DNA of 64,000 nucleotides, taken from NCBI GenBank assembly GCA_965261595.1, contig CBDHDG010000005.1:512001-576000 (forward strand). The letters run 5' to 3'. The DNA is from a bacterium (GTDB lineage Bacteria; UBA8248; JACPRG01; G963555815). Positions within the stretch are counted from its first letter, which is position 1. Every line of letters begins with the position of its first letter. Made by a program: the position numbers and the translations under genes. Shown one piece after another: positions 8,430 through 17,666 of the stretch. The notes beneath the pieces were generated by a model. It was given only the letters and a program-made list of their open reading frames with translations. It was not told the origin of the DNA and did no database searches.

Positions 8430-9991
8430 ACGCGGCCGTATCACCCATGGAGGGGAAAACCCAACAGGAATGATGGAGTCGGCCCATTCCCCCCCCCGAA
8501 GGGATATTTTTCAAGGGCGAACGACCCATGGCTTCCATGGGAGTGAATCCTTCCAACCGTTCCAGCCCGAATGAATTCATCGGAGGAAAATCCATGAAGA
8601 CCCTCTTCCCGACCCGGAGAAAAGCGGCGGTCCTCATCGCCGGATTCATCACCGTCTTCTTGGTGATCCCGTCCTCCCCCTCCCCGGCGGAGGCGGCGTG
8701 CCGGTGGACGGTGAAGGGCTTTGTGTTCGTCCGGGACAATCTATTTGTGACTTCCGGCGCGAAAGCTCGGCCTCTGAAAGGGGCGAAAGCAACGGTTTGG
8801 TTGTCGACCATCAATCATGGCGGGTGGCGAAAGTTGGGCCGGACCACGATCAATTCAGCCGGCAAATACTCCGTCAGCGGGAAGCCAGCTGAAAGCGGCC
8901 CCATTGGCTGCAAGAAGAAACGCAGAATCCGCGTCCAGGTGAAGCTTGACAACACCATCGCCCGCGTCATGCGGCATCCGGCCCCGACGGCCTGGAACCA
9001 CACCATCCGGTCTACGAACAAGCGATCCGGTCCGGTCATCAGCCTCGGCGCATACACCTACCGATTCTACGACGATAAGAAGCCGAGAACCGCGGTGACA
9101 AGATACACCGCGACGAAGGCCGCCACGATGTTTTTGGCCTACCAGCGGGTCTATCGGAAGCTGAAGTCCTGGGACCTGAAACCCAAGAAGGCCAATCTGC
9201 TCTATCCCGATGGGGCGGGCGACAATAATTACTTGGGATTCAGCGATCCCGCGTGTTGCGTAAAGATCGCCCGGAACTGGTTCTCGCACAACGGCCGCGC
9301 ATGGCGGGTCAGGGAGCTGACCCTCGAGCTTGTCCCACCAGTGGTTCAACAAACGTGTGTTCACGCCGGGGTTTATCAGCGGGAAGTCCTTCGGCACGCA
9401 CGACTTCCTGGAAACCACGGAATTGACGCTTTATGAAGAATTCGCCGAATTTGCCGCCGTCGAGCTCAACTACGCCATCTACGGGATTTCCAATTCCGGG
9501 AACGCGAGCATCCGCACCCGGCGGGGCGTCTACAAGAAGTTCCGCGACGCCACGCATGGCGATCCGAAGGTGAAGTACTACAAGGGGCGAACCCTCCGGA
9601 GCATGGTCCACGGGAACACGTCCAAATGGAGGAAAGACCTCTACCGGTCGAAGACCTCCGTCCGGAACTATCTTCGTCTGTTGACGGTCAAGGACTGGCA
9701 CTGGCTGGACTTCGGCGGCAGCTACCGGAGGGGAAACGATTGGGCGGCGGCCATCCCCGCGGCGGAGCGGAGCAAGTACGACTGCTCGCGCCTCAGGTCG
9801 CCGATGTTCTCCCCGCGCCGGTTGATGCGGCTCGCCAAGGCGTGGAAGGACCGGAGCCCCAACCGCAAGATTCGCACCCCGCGCGGCATCAAGCAATTCT
9901 ATGATTTCCTGGCCGCCCGGGACAGCCGGTTCAAACCGCTGAAAACACACTTCCTGCGCCTTGGCAATCCCCATTTCGCCGGAAAGGTGAG

Positions 9992-11434
9992 GAGGGTGTC
10001 CCGAATTCAGTTGAAGGTTTGAGGCGGCGGTCCGTGTGTGGTTCACCTTATGCGACCTCCTCTCGGGTGTCAAAGCGGGGCTCGTCCAGAACGGCCTTCA
10101 GGATCCACAGGTCCCGGTAGCCGTCCAGGCGACGGAAGTTCTTCTCGGTGGCGAGGAAGGCGGAAGCGGCCCACCTTTTCACCATCGCCCCGTCCCGCCA
10201 GCGGCCGACGCGCCGGGTGCGCATCCGCACCCCCGAACAGGGACTCTCGATCAGGTTCGTGCTCACCAGGCAGCGCCGAAGGCCGGGCGGAAGAGCCAAG
10301 CGGTTGACGGTGAAGATCTCCTCCAGACCCTCCAAAAGGCTGGCGGCCGCGTCCGGATGCTCGATCTGAAGCCACCGGGCCTGCTTGCGCAGACGGGCAA
10401 TCCCCTCCTTCGGCGCCAGCCGCCAGGCCGCCTTCATCGTCGCCTTCACCGGATCCTTCAACTCCTCTGGCAGGTGGTCCATCACGTTCTTCACCTTGTG
10501 GTTGCGGCACCGCTGCACCGGATTGTCGTCCCCGTACACCCGGTCAATCGCCGCACGAAGCGCCCTCGAGCCGTCGATGACAAAAAGCCGACGCCGCCCG
10601 GGCCGCACGCCGCGCTCCACCAACTCCTCAAGAAGCGCCGTCACGACCGTGGCGTTCTCGGTGGCGCCCGACCTCAGGCCCAGAACGTGCTTTTGGCCCC
10701 GTGTGTCCACCCCAACGGCCACGATGACGTGATGCGCGCCGAAGCGCAGACCGTCCAGGTAGAGGATGAGGAGGTCGATGTCGTCAAAACGCCGCTCACA
10801 AAGACGCCGCAGCTTCGCCTCGGCCGCCTCGATGCTCTCCCGGCTCACGGCCGACTTCGACACCCCCACCGTCTCGGCCAGCTCGGGAAGAACGGCCGCG
10901 TAGTTCCGCGTCGAGACCCCTCGCATCAGCAAATCCAGCATCCGCTCCCCCAGCCCGGGGTCGGCCTGCATGGCCGCATACGCCGGCACCTCCACCTCCC
11001 CGCCCCGACCCTGGCCCCGGCGGCGAAGCCGCGGCTTTCTCACCTTCAGCTTGCGCCCCTTCAGGGTCACCCGGCCCCCCTGGCTGCCGTGCCGGCGGAC
11101 CTCGCCACCCCGCTTGCCTGGATGCGGCGCGCCCGTCAAGCCCTTGGCCGACAGCAAAAGCACGGCCTCCAGGCCCGCCCGGCCCATGACGTCCATCAGG
11201 TCCTCCACCGCCAGTTGGGACTGCTCCACCAGCGACACCAGAGGAAAAAACGCCTGCCCGTGCTCCGCCACAAAGGCGGCCAACCTTTGGGTCTCTTTCT
11301 TCTCGATGATCTGGTAAGCTTCACTCATGGCGGTTCCTCCTCTTTGAATGTTTGCCAACCCGATTCTAACCGAGTCGGCAGGAGTGAACCGCCACCTCTT
11401 TTTCTCAACCTTCAACTATGAATGGGACAGGCTC
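9992..11434 (-). mobile_element. IS256-family insertion sequence, complete (1443 bp)
   Basis: TIRs GAGGGTGTCCCGAATTCAGTTGAAGGTT / GAGCCTGTCCCATTCATAGTTGAAGGTT; 8-bp target duplication AAGGTGAG (9984-9991, 11435-11442). Confidence 0.95.
10048..11328 (-). CDS. IS256-family (Mutator-like) transposase
   Basis: GVSTRNY, LYLDG, FVIDG, QRCRNHK, STNLIES; AGAGGAGG RBS before MSEAYQ at 11328. Confidence 0.95.
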   Translation of the reverse strand: MSEAYQIIEKKETQRLAAFVAEHGQAFFPLVSLVEQSQLAVEDLMDVMGRAGLEAVLLLSAKGLTGAPHPGKRGGEVRRHGSQGGRVTLKGRKLKVRKPRLRRRGQGRGGEVEVPAYAAMQADPGLGERMLDLLMRGVSTRNYAAVLPELAETVGVSKSAVSRESIEAAEAKLRRLCERRFDDIDLLILYLDGLRFGAHHVIVAVGVDTRGQKHVLGLRSGATENATVVTALLEELVERGVRPGRRRLFVIDGSRALRAAIDRVYGDDNPVQRCRNHKVKNVMDHLPEELKDPVKATMKAAWRLAPKEGIARLRKQARWLQIEHPDAAASLLEGLEEIFTVNRLALPPGLRRCLVSTNLIESPCSGVRMRTRRVGRWRDGAMVKRWAASAFLATEKNFRRLDGYRDLWILKAVLDEPRFDTREEVA

Positions 11435-11533
11435 AAGGTGAGCGCGCGGGATAAGTGCAAGCTGAAAAAGGCTTAGCAGGCGCGTAAAGAAAAAAGTCGG
11501 ATTTTACATTTCAATCTTAATGCGCTGGAAGGT

Positions 11534-11560
11534 ATTGGGGCGTCCTTTGGACGCCCCAAT
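11534..11560. terminator. Perfect 12-bp hairpin between convergent genes
   Basis: ATTGGGGCGTCC-TTT-GGACGCCCCAAT; no long U tract. Confidence 0.5.
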
Positions 11561-11696
11561 TCGTAAGCGTCTTGTGGAAAAGGAAGGCGTGGGCCGCATG
11601 GGGCCTTGGTGCGGTCGAAAATCTTTGAGAATGGTAAACCCGATCCGTCTCTCCGAATCGTCCGGCCGCGGAGGTCCGCTCAGCCCGTCCCGCGGC

Positions 11697-12509
11697 TCAA
11701 CTTGCCATAAAGGCCCGGATCTCCGCCTCGGAGATCTTCTCCCGCGTGATGCCGTGCTCCTTGTCCCATTCGGGGGAGGGGATGTGCGCGCCGGTCAGCT
11801 CGGGCGTTTCGCAGACGAGATGCCGAAAGGAATCCGCCACCCATTCGGTCCGCCGCATGCCCCCCGGGAAGCTCACCAGCCGTTCCACGTCTGTGTTGAA
11901 GGATTTCTGCATGTCGTTGAGCGTGGGGCCCGGGGCGAGGGTGTTGAAGCGGACGGCGTAGGGCTTCATCTGCATGGCCATGGAATGATTGAATCCTTCC
12001 ACCGCCCACTTGGAGACCGCGTAGGGGACGTTCACGGCGTTTCGCGATCTGGCCGTCCCGGCGGCCGAGGAGATCGTAATGACGTGTCCGGAGCGGCGCG
12101 CCGTCATGGCGGGCAGGACGGCCTGAGTCACCAGGAAGACGCCCTTGACGTTGGTTGCCATGACGGTCTCCCATTCGGTTTCCTCCACGTCCACCAGCAG
12201 CGCGGTCGAACTGTGGACGCCCGCGTTGTTGACGAGGATGTCAATCCTCCCGAACGCTTCCATCATCCCGCCCGCGAGGTCCCGGGCCTGATCCCGCTTC
12301 GTCACGTCGCAGGGGATGACGACGGCCTCCCCGCCGCCGGAGCGGATCTCCTCCGCGACGGCTTCCAGATTCCTCACGTTCCGGCCGGAGACCGCGACGC
12401 GCGCGCCCTCACCGGCGAGGGTCAGCGCCAGGACGCGGCCGATCCCCCGGCCCGCGCCGGTGACAACGGCCGCCTGCTCCAGAAGACGCTTGGGTTGTGA
12501 TGGATTCAT
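11697..12509 (-). CDS. Short-chain dehydrogenase/reductase (SDR)
   Basis: TGAGRGIG, NNAG, YAVSK. Confidence 0.92.
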   Translation of the reverse strand: MNPSQPKRLLEQAAVVTGAGRGIGRVLALTLAGEGARVAVSGRNVRNLEAVAEEIRSGGGEAVVIPCDVTKRDQARDLAGGMMEAFGRIDILVNNAGVHSSTALLVDVEETEWETVMATNVKGVFLVTQAVLPAMTARRSGHVITISSAAGTARSRNAVNVPYAVSKWAVEGFNHSMAMQMKPYAVRFNTLAPGPTLNDMQKSFNTDVERLVSFPGGMRRTEWVADSFRHLVCETPELTGAHIPSPEWDKEHGITREKISEAEIRAFMAS

Positions 12510-12802
12510 TTCGCTTTCGGCTCCGGGCGCGTGAATCCGGCGGAAGAGGAAGGGGGCGAAGCCTGCATTCTAGCAGCAGCCCGATGGGGAGAGGGGCCGT
12601 TCTTCGGTCTGGGTTGCGCCATAAGCGGTGGGCGGATCATCGAAGCAAAGGTCAAAGCCCCTCTCCCTCCCCCTCTCCCGTCAGGGTGTTGGGTTACAAT
12701 ATGGTCATGGAACGCGCGCCTTGCGCGATTCACGGGGGAGGAACGTGAAGGCCCGAAACCCCCTGAATCATGGATTCACATCTTGACTCCAGGGAGACCG
12801 CC

Positions 12803-13531
12803 ATGGCCGGGCCGGAAGACTTGAAACCCCTTTCGGGAGATTGGAGCGCCGCCCTCGCCATCATCGCGCATCCCGACGACATGGAGTTCGGGGCGGCCGC
12901 CGCCGTCGCGCGGTGGACCGCTGAGGGGAAGCGGGTGTGCTATCTCCTCGTGACGCGGGGAGAGGCGGGGATCGACTCCATGCCCCCGGAAGAAGTGGGG
13001 CCTCTCCGGGAAGAGGAAGAGCGGAAAGGGGCGGTTCTTGTGGGCGTGGATGAAGTCGAGTTCCTCGACTACCGGGACGGGACCGTTGAATACGGCCTCC
13101 CCTTGAGGCGGGATTTCGCCCGCGCCATCCGGCGGCATCGGCCGGACCTCCTCATCACCCTGTCCCATCACCTCACCTGGGAAAACGGCCCCCTCAACAT
13201 GGCCGATCACCGCTGGGTGGGCCTGGCCGTGATGGACGCGGCCCGGGACGCGGGTAACCGGTGGATCTTTCCCGAGCTTCTCTCGGAAGGCCTCGAGCCC
13301 TGGAGCGGCGTGAAGCGGGTCTGCGTAAGCGGCTCTCCTCACCCGACGCACTCGGTGGACGTGACGGATTTCATCGAAAAGGGCATCGCGTCCCTGGAAG
13401 AGCACCGGCTCTATCTGGAAAACCTTCCTGAGGGGTCCGATTTCGTCTCATCCGTCCGCGCCCAGGCCGCCGAGACGGGCAGGCGTACGGGGCGCCGGTA
13501 CGCGGTGTCTTTCGAGGTCATCGACATCTGA
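12803..13531 (+). CDS. PIG-L/LmbE-family deacetylase
   Basis: AHPDDMEFG, TRGEAG, ADHRWVG; AGGGAG RBS before ATG at 12803. Confidence 0.92.
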   Translation: MAGPEDLKPLSGDWSAALAIIAHPDDMEFGAAAAVARWTAEGKRVCYLLVTRGEAGIDSMPPEEVGPLREEEERKGAVLVGVDEVEFLDYRDGTVEYGLPLRRDFARAIRRHRPDLLITLSHHLTWENGPLNMADHRWVGLAVMDAARDAGNRWIFPELLSEGLEPWSGVKRVCVSGSPHPTHSVDVTDFIEKGIASLEEHRLYLENLPEGSDFVSSVRAQAAETGRRTGRRYAVSFEVIDI

Positions 13532-13555
13532 GACCCCGCCCCCTTCCGCAATCCG

Positions 13556-14932
13556 CTAGTCCCCGGCCCCCGGTTTTCGAACCAATGCCCATAGATCGGG
13601 CGCCTTCTCGACCCCCGGCACGCCGGGCGAATCCGCGAAGGGCTCTCCGAAGGGACGGGTCGCGTCCAACCCCATCACGGCCGAGTAGCTCGGCCCCGGT
13701 GACGATGGATCCTCGGGCGCCGCGCTGACGCCCGGGACGACGACGGTGTCCCGGTCCGCCTGAAATCGCGTGCTCAGCGCCCATAGCACTTTCGCGTCGT
13801 TGAAGATATCGATGTCCGCGTCCGTCACGATGACCAGCTTGGGCCGCTTGGCGCTTCCCAGGGCCGCGAGGATGACGTTCTTGGGCTGTCCTTTGTAGCG
13901 CGGGGTCATGGAGATGTAACAGTGGTATTCGGAGCTGGCGGAAGTCGGGAAATGAACGGCCTTCACCTCGGGAAACTTGGCCTTGAGCTCCCGGTAGACG
14001 CTGACCTCGTTGGAAAGCTGCTTGATAAAATCATTTTCCGAGCTCGGCGTTCCGGAAAGGCAGGCGTGGAAGACGGGCGAAGCCCGGTGCGTTATGGCGG
14101 TCACTTCGATGATCGGTTTGTCGGCGACGGGCGCCAGGTATCCGCAAAACTCGTTGAACGGGCCTTGGGGCTCCCGGTGGTTGGGCAGCACCCGTCCCTC
14201 GAAGACGATCTCGCTCGTGGCCGGAACTTTCAGGTCCACGGTCCGGCACTGGACGACCTCGACCGGTTTTCCCCGAAGCCCCCCGGCCACGGCCAGCTCG
14301 TCGAGACCGTAAGGCACCTTGGCGGCGGCGGCCAGCAGGATGACCGGGTCGACGCCCAACGCCACGGCTATTTCGAGGGGCTGTCCCTTCCTCTCCGCCT
14401 TCATGAACTGGTGGTACGCGTCCTGAAAGCGGGCCGCTTCAAACCCCAGGCGGTTGCGTCCCTTGAGCTGCATGATATAGATGGCCGCGTTCCTGCTCCC
14501 GGTCTCGGGGTCTTTGGAGATGTGGACCCCGTGGACGATGTAGGGCCCGCCCTCCCCGCTGTAATACGTGGGAATCGGCAGCCGGTTCAGGTCGACTTCC
14601 GCCCCTTCCAGGACGACCTCCTGGCAGGGGGCTTCAGCCGCCGCGACGGGCTCGATCGGGTTGTCGATTCCGGCCATGAAGCGGTCGTGGGCCTCATCGG
14701 GGGAGCACCCCAAAACCTGGAGGATCCGTTCCCGCGAGTTGAACTGGGCGCCCGCCACCGGCATGTCGTATCCCTTGACTTGCTCGAAATACAAGGCGGG
14801 GCCTTCCTCGTCGCAGGACTTCCGGATGTAGGAGGCGATCTCGTGAACCACGTCCACGGGCGTCGAGACCCGGGCGAGGACGCCTTTTTCTTCAAGGAAT
14901 CTCAGGAAATCCCTGGGGCCGTCAAAGGGCAT
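13556..14932 (-). CDS. UbiD-family (prFMN-dependent) decarboxylase
   Basis: DLNRLPIP, GGPYI, VPATSEIVFEG, GPFNEFCGY, DIDIFNDAKVLWALSTR, DPS, MGLDAT. Confidence 0.92.
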   Translation of the reverse strand: MPFDGPRDFLRFLEEKGVLARVSTPVDVVHEIASYIRKSCDEEGPALYFEQVKGYDMPVAGAQFNSRERILQVLGCSPDEAHDRFMAGIDNPIEPVAAAEAPCQEVVLEGAEVDLNRLPIPTYYSGEGGPYIVHGVHISKDPETGSRNAAIYIMQLKGRNRLGFEAARFQDAYHQFMKAERKGQPLEIAVALGVDPVILLAAAAKVPYGLDELAVAGGLRGKPVEVVQCRTVDLKVPATSEIVFEGRVLPNHREPQGPFNEFCGYLAPVADKPIIEVTAITHRASPVFHACLSGTPSSENDFIKQLSNEVSVYRELKAKFPEVKAVHFPTSASSEYHCYISMTPRYKGQPKNVILAALGSAKRPKLVIVTDADIDIFNDAKVLWALSTRFQADRDTVVVPGVSAAPEDPSSPGPSYSAVMGLDATRPFGEPFADSPGVPGVEKAPDLWALVRKPGAGD

Positions 14933-15254
14933 CTTTCAGTCCTCTCTCGAAATCGTCCCGACCGGTTTGAACGCCCCGGCCTTTGAATTCGTTGCGTGAT
15001 TGAGGCCCCGGTTCTTCGCGCACCCTCAATGACGCGAATCCGGGAACGATTTTGTATTCCAGACGCATATCTCACACCGAAAACTTGGGGTCAAGGGCTG
15101 AGTCTTGAAATCGTCTGATGGGCGGATTGGGATTCCGTATAGAATGGATGGAATGTACGCTCAGCGCGTGGGGCCGGCAGCCGGCCGTTGAAGTCATGAA
15201 CCCCCATCCGGGATTCACGGCCCGACCCGACGATGCGCATCCAGGGAGGCTCGA

Positions 15255-16076
15255 TTGAAAAGTATGACAAGGCCGGCCAAATGGATTGCGATTTGTTGCA
15301 TCATTCTGGGCGTATCGGTTGTCGTCGTCGCGTCCAGGGTCTCCCCGCCGCGGCGGGGAGCGATAGCGCTGAACCTGGAAGACCCGGGAGTTCCTCGCGA
15401 GATCGGCGGCGGCCTGGACGCGATGATGGAGGTCTCCGCCGGCTGGTTCATCATGGGGAGCGACGGGGGGCGCGATAACGAGAAGCCGCGGCGTCGGGTT
15501 TACCTGGACGCCTTCTACATCGACAAATATCCGGTGACAAACAGCCGATTCCGGAAATTCGGCAAGCCCAAGAAGGATTACGGCGCGAAGTTCAACGGCC
15601 CCCGCCAGCCGGTGGTCGGTGTGGACTGGTTCCAGGCCCGGGACTACTGTAAATCCGCCGGCAGGCGATTGCCGACGGAGGCGGAGTGGGAGAAAGCGGC
15701 AAGGGGAGTGGACGGCCGGAAATATCCCTGGGGGAATGAATGGGAAAAATCCAGGGTGATTCGGGAGAAGAACAGCGGGCGGAGGACGCATCCCGTGGAC
15801 CGGACGGCCAACACCCACCGGAGCCCTTACGGCGTGGTGGACATGGTTGGAAACGTCTGGGAGTGGTTGTCGGACTGGTACGGCGAGGATTACTTCCGAA
15901 ACGCCCCGAACCGGAACCCGAAAGGCCCTCCGTCCGGTAAAAGCCGCATGTTGCGCGGCGCCGGCTGGTACTTCAACAAGGCCGCCGAATTCAGAATTGC
16001 CTTCCGAGGCAGACACAATCCGGATAGCTGGAACGAAAACAGGTCCTTCCGTTCCGCGAAAGATCCCGAAGGTTAG
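15255..16076 (+). CDS. Membrane-anchored or secreted FGE-sulfatase (SUMF1-like) fold protein, probably non-catalytic
   Basis: N-terminal hydrophobic segment; FIMGS, FYIDKYPVTN, RLPTEAEWEKAARG, DMVGNVWEW; lacks the C-terminal Cys motif of active FGE. Confidence 0.88.
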   Translation: MKSMTRPAKWIAICCIILGVSVVVVASRVSPPRRGAIALNLEDPGVPREIGGGLDAMMEVSAGWFIMGSDGGRDNEKPRRRVYLDAFYIDKYPVTNSRFRKFGKPKKDYGAKFNGPRQPVVGVDWFQARDYCKSAGRRLPTEAEWEKAARGVDGRKYPWGNEWEKSRVIREKNSGRRTHPVDRTANTHRSPYGVVDMVGNVWEWLSDWYGEDYFRNAPNRNPKGPPSGKSRMLRGAGWYFNKAAEFRIAFRGRHNPDSWNENRSFRSAKDPEG

Positions 16077-16141
16077 CCGCCTGAATTCAATGGAGTTGAT
16101 TTCCTATCCTTTTGCTGCGGACCGGCCAACCGCATTTCGCG

Positions 16142-16170
16142 TCGACGGTGTACACGTATACGTGTACACT
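16142..16170 (+). promoter_or_regulatory. Promoter overlapped by a perfect 22-bp palindromic operator (hicAB autoregulation)
   Basis: TCGACG-N17-TACACT; palindrome GTGTACACGTATACGTGTACAC at 16148-16169. Confidence 0.7.
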
Positions 16171-16172
16171 GG

Positions 16173-16237
16173 CACGCGGAGATTCACGAAAAACCGGCTC
16201 GGGCGATTCTTCGATGGGCCAAAGGGAAAAACTGACC
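16173..16237 (+). pseudogene. C-terminal remnant of a HicA-like toxin
   Basis: Reads HAEIHEKPARAILRWAKGK, resembling the HicA C-terminal helix; no start codon or N-terminus between the promoter and hicB. Confidence 0.5.
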
Positions 16238-16657
16238 ATGCGCTTCTACGGCAGGGTGTATAAAGATGGCGCGTTTTGGCTTGCCGAGGCGCCGATTCTC
16301 GACGCGATGACACAGGGCCGCACGCGAAAGGAAGCCTTGTCCATGGTCGAGGACTTAATCGAGACCTTGGCCGGCCGCCCGGGGTTTTCAGTGAAGGCGC
16401 ACCCGGGCAAGGACGGCGATTTCGAAGTGAGCTCGTCCGATACGCGTGGCATGATCAGCCTGTTGCTGCGGCGGCAACGTGAACGGAGCGGTCTGTCATT
16501 GGCCGAAGCCGCCGAGCGTTTGGGTGCCAAGTCGCGCAATGCTTATTCCCGTTACGAGCGCGGGACATCCGTTCCGACCTTGGAGAAGCTGAACGAGCTG
16601 CTCCAGGCCGTTTCCCCCGGTCGAGATTTTGTCATCGATCAGAGTGTTGTGGTCTGA
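16238..16657 (+). CDS. hicB: HicB-family antitoxin with C-terminal XRE HTH
   Basis: WLAEAPILDAMTQGRTRKEALSMVED (HicB partial RNase H fold); LSLAEAAERLG...YSRYERG...PTLEKL (HTH). Confidence 0.85.
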   Translation: MRFYGRVYKDGAFWLAEAPILDAMTQGRTRKEALSMVEDLIETLAGRPGFSVKAHPGKDGDFEVSSSDTRGMISLLLRRQRERSGLSLAEAAERLGAKSRNAYSRYERGTSVPTLEKLNELLQAVSPGRDFVIDQSVVV

Positions 16658-16808
16658 TCCCCGTCCGGTTCAACCTCCGGGCGCCCGCCTGACACGGGCA
16701 GACTTTGAGGTCAGCGTGGAGCTGGAAATCGTGTCTGCCCCCATTAATGACCGGCGGTTTCTTTTTTGAAGTTCCGGGCAAACGGAAGGGAAGCTGCCCT
16801 GGGAATTC

Positions 16809-17222
16809 TCACCCGTGTCTGGCGCTCAAGCGGCAGGTCAGGCCGGGAAGGTCGCGGGCCGAGGTTTCTTTCCCCACGACCCTCGGTGTATAGAGTGCGC
16901 AATATTTCTTCATGATTCCGGTGACGCGGGCGATCTCCATGAATTGCCCTTCCACCAGCTTGTGCATGAGGCGGTTGAGCGAGTCAATCCATTTTCCGAG
17001 CTTGGGATCGGATTGGAAATTGACACCGGGGTCGAACGTGAACAGCCGGATGCCACTCAAATCTGCGGGGGGCCAATCGCTCAGGGCGTCTCTCTTCAGC
17101 TGAAGGTCCTGGGCTGTCGTTTCAGCTGAGGGAAACTCCCCTTTGCGAATTTGATCCGCCAGTTCTTCAATCCTTTGCCCCCAAGCTGGGTCAGTCACAC
17201 GTTTCACTCCGATTTCAGGCAT
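16809..17222 (-). CDS. Hypothetical protein (137 aa)
   Basis: ATG-started ORF with globular-looking composition and lower GC than the core genes; no motif recognised. Confidence 0.5.
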   Translation of the reverse strand: MPEIGVKRVTDPAWGQRIEELADQIRKGEFPSAETTAQDLQLKRDALSDWPPADLSGIRLFTFDPGVNFQSDPKLGKWIDSLNRLMHKLVEGQFMEIARVTGIMKKYCALYTPRVVGKETSARDLPGLTCRLSARHG

Positions 17223-17666
17223 ATGCTTTCAGACCAATATCCCATAAAGACATCACAGGACCAATTCCTTTCGATGAACTTCGACAAGATTTTCGGCCCC
17301 CCCCTCCTTCCGGCGAAAGACTCGCCTCTACATCGCAGGGTCTCCTGACCACCTTTCCAATCTCCCGCCAAAGGCCGGACGCTTCTTATCGGACCCTCTC
17401 CGCGAGAAAGGTCATACATTTCCAAATGAGCAATTCCTGATAAAATGAACCCTTCGCGATGGAAGAGCTGGGAGAGAGGCATTCGTCCCACGCGTCATCT
17501 TTCTGGGAGATGGGCCGCGCGGTGATCTCCGTTTCGACCTGGGTCCTCTTTGCGGGGCAGGTCCATTGTCGTCGGCTTTCGCGCAGCTTTCTGAGTTCCT
17601 GAAGCCGATTGAAATGGGAAATGCCGGTAAGAACAGAATAGGTTTTTTATGAGGGGGAACTTCTGA

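Larger units (their letters stand above)
8594..11476 (+). pseudogene. Secreted gluzincin-like metalloprotease pseudogene (frameshift near 9329; IS256 inserted near the C-terminus)
   Basis: GGAGG RBS, signal peptide ending PAEA-A; joining the frames gives LELSH (degenerate HExxH) followed by YEEFAEF; after the IS256 the frame resumes KVSARDKCKLKKA* (TAG 11474-11476). Confidence 0.6.

Noticed and set aside
8430..8590. Possible riboswitch in the leader of the protease-like gene
   Set aside because: Inverted repeats exist (CCCATGGAGG...CTTCCATGGG) but I could not match conserved cores of c-di-GMP or other known riboswitches.
15255..16140. FGE-sulfatase/CLec-fold gene as a diversity-generating retroelement target
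   Set aside because: The fold fits DGR targets, but I found no template repeat matching its 3' end and no reverse transcriptase or avd gene in the window; a remote DGR cannot be excluded.
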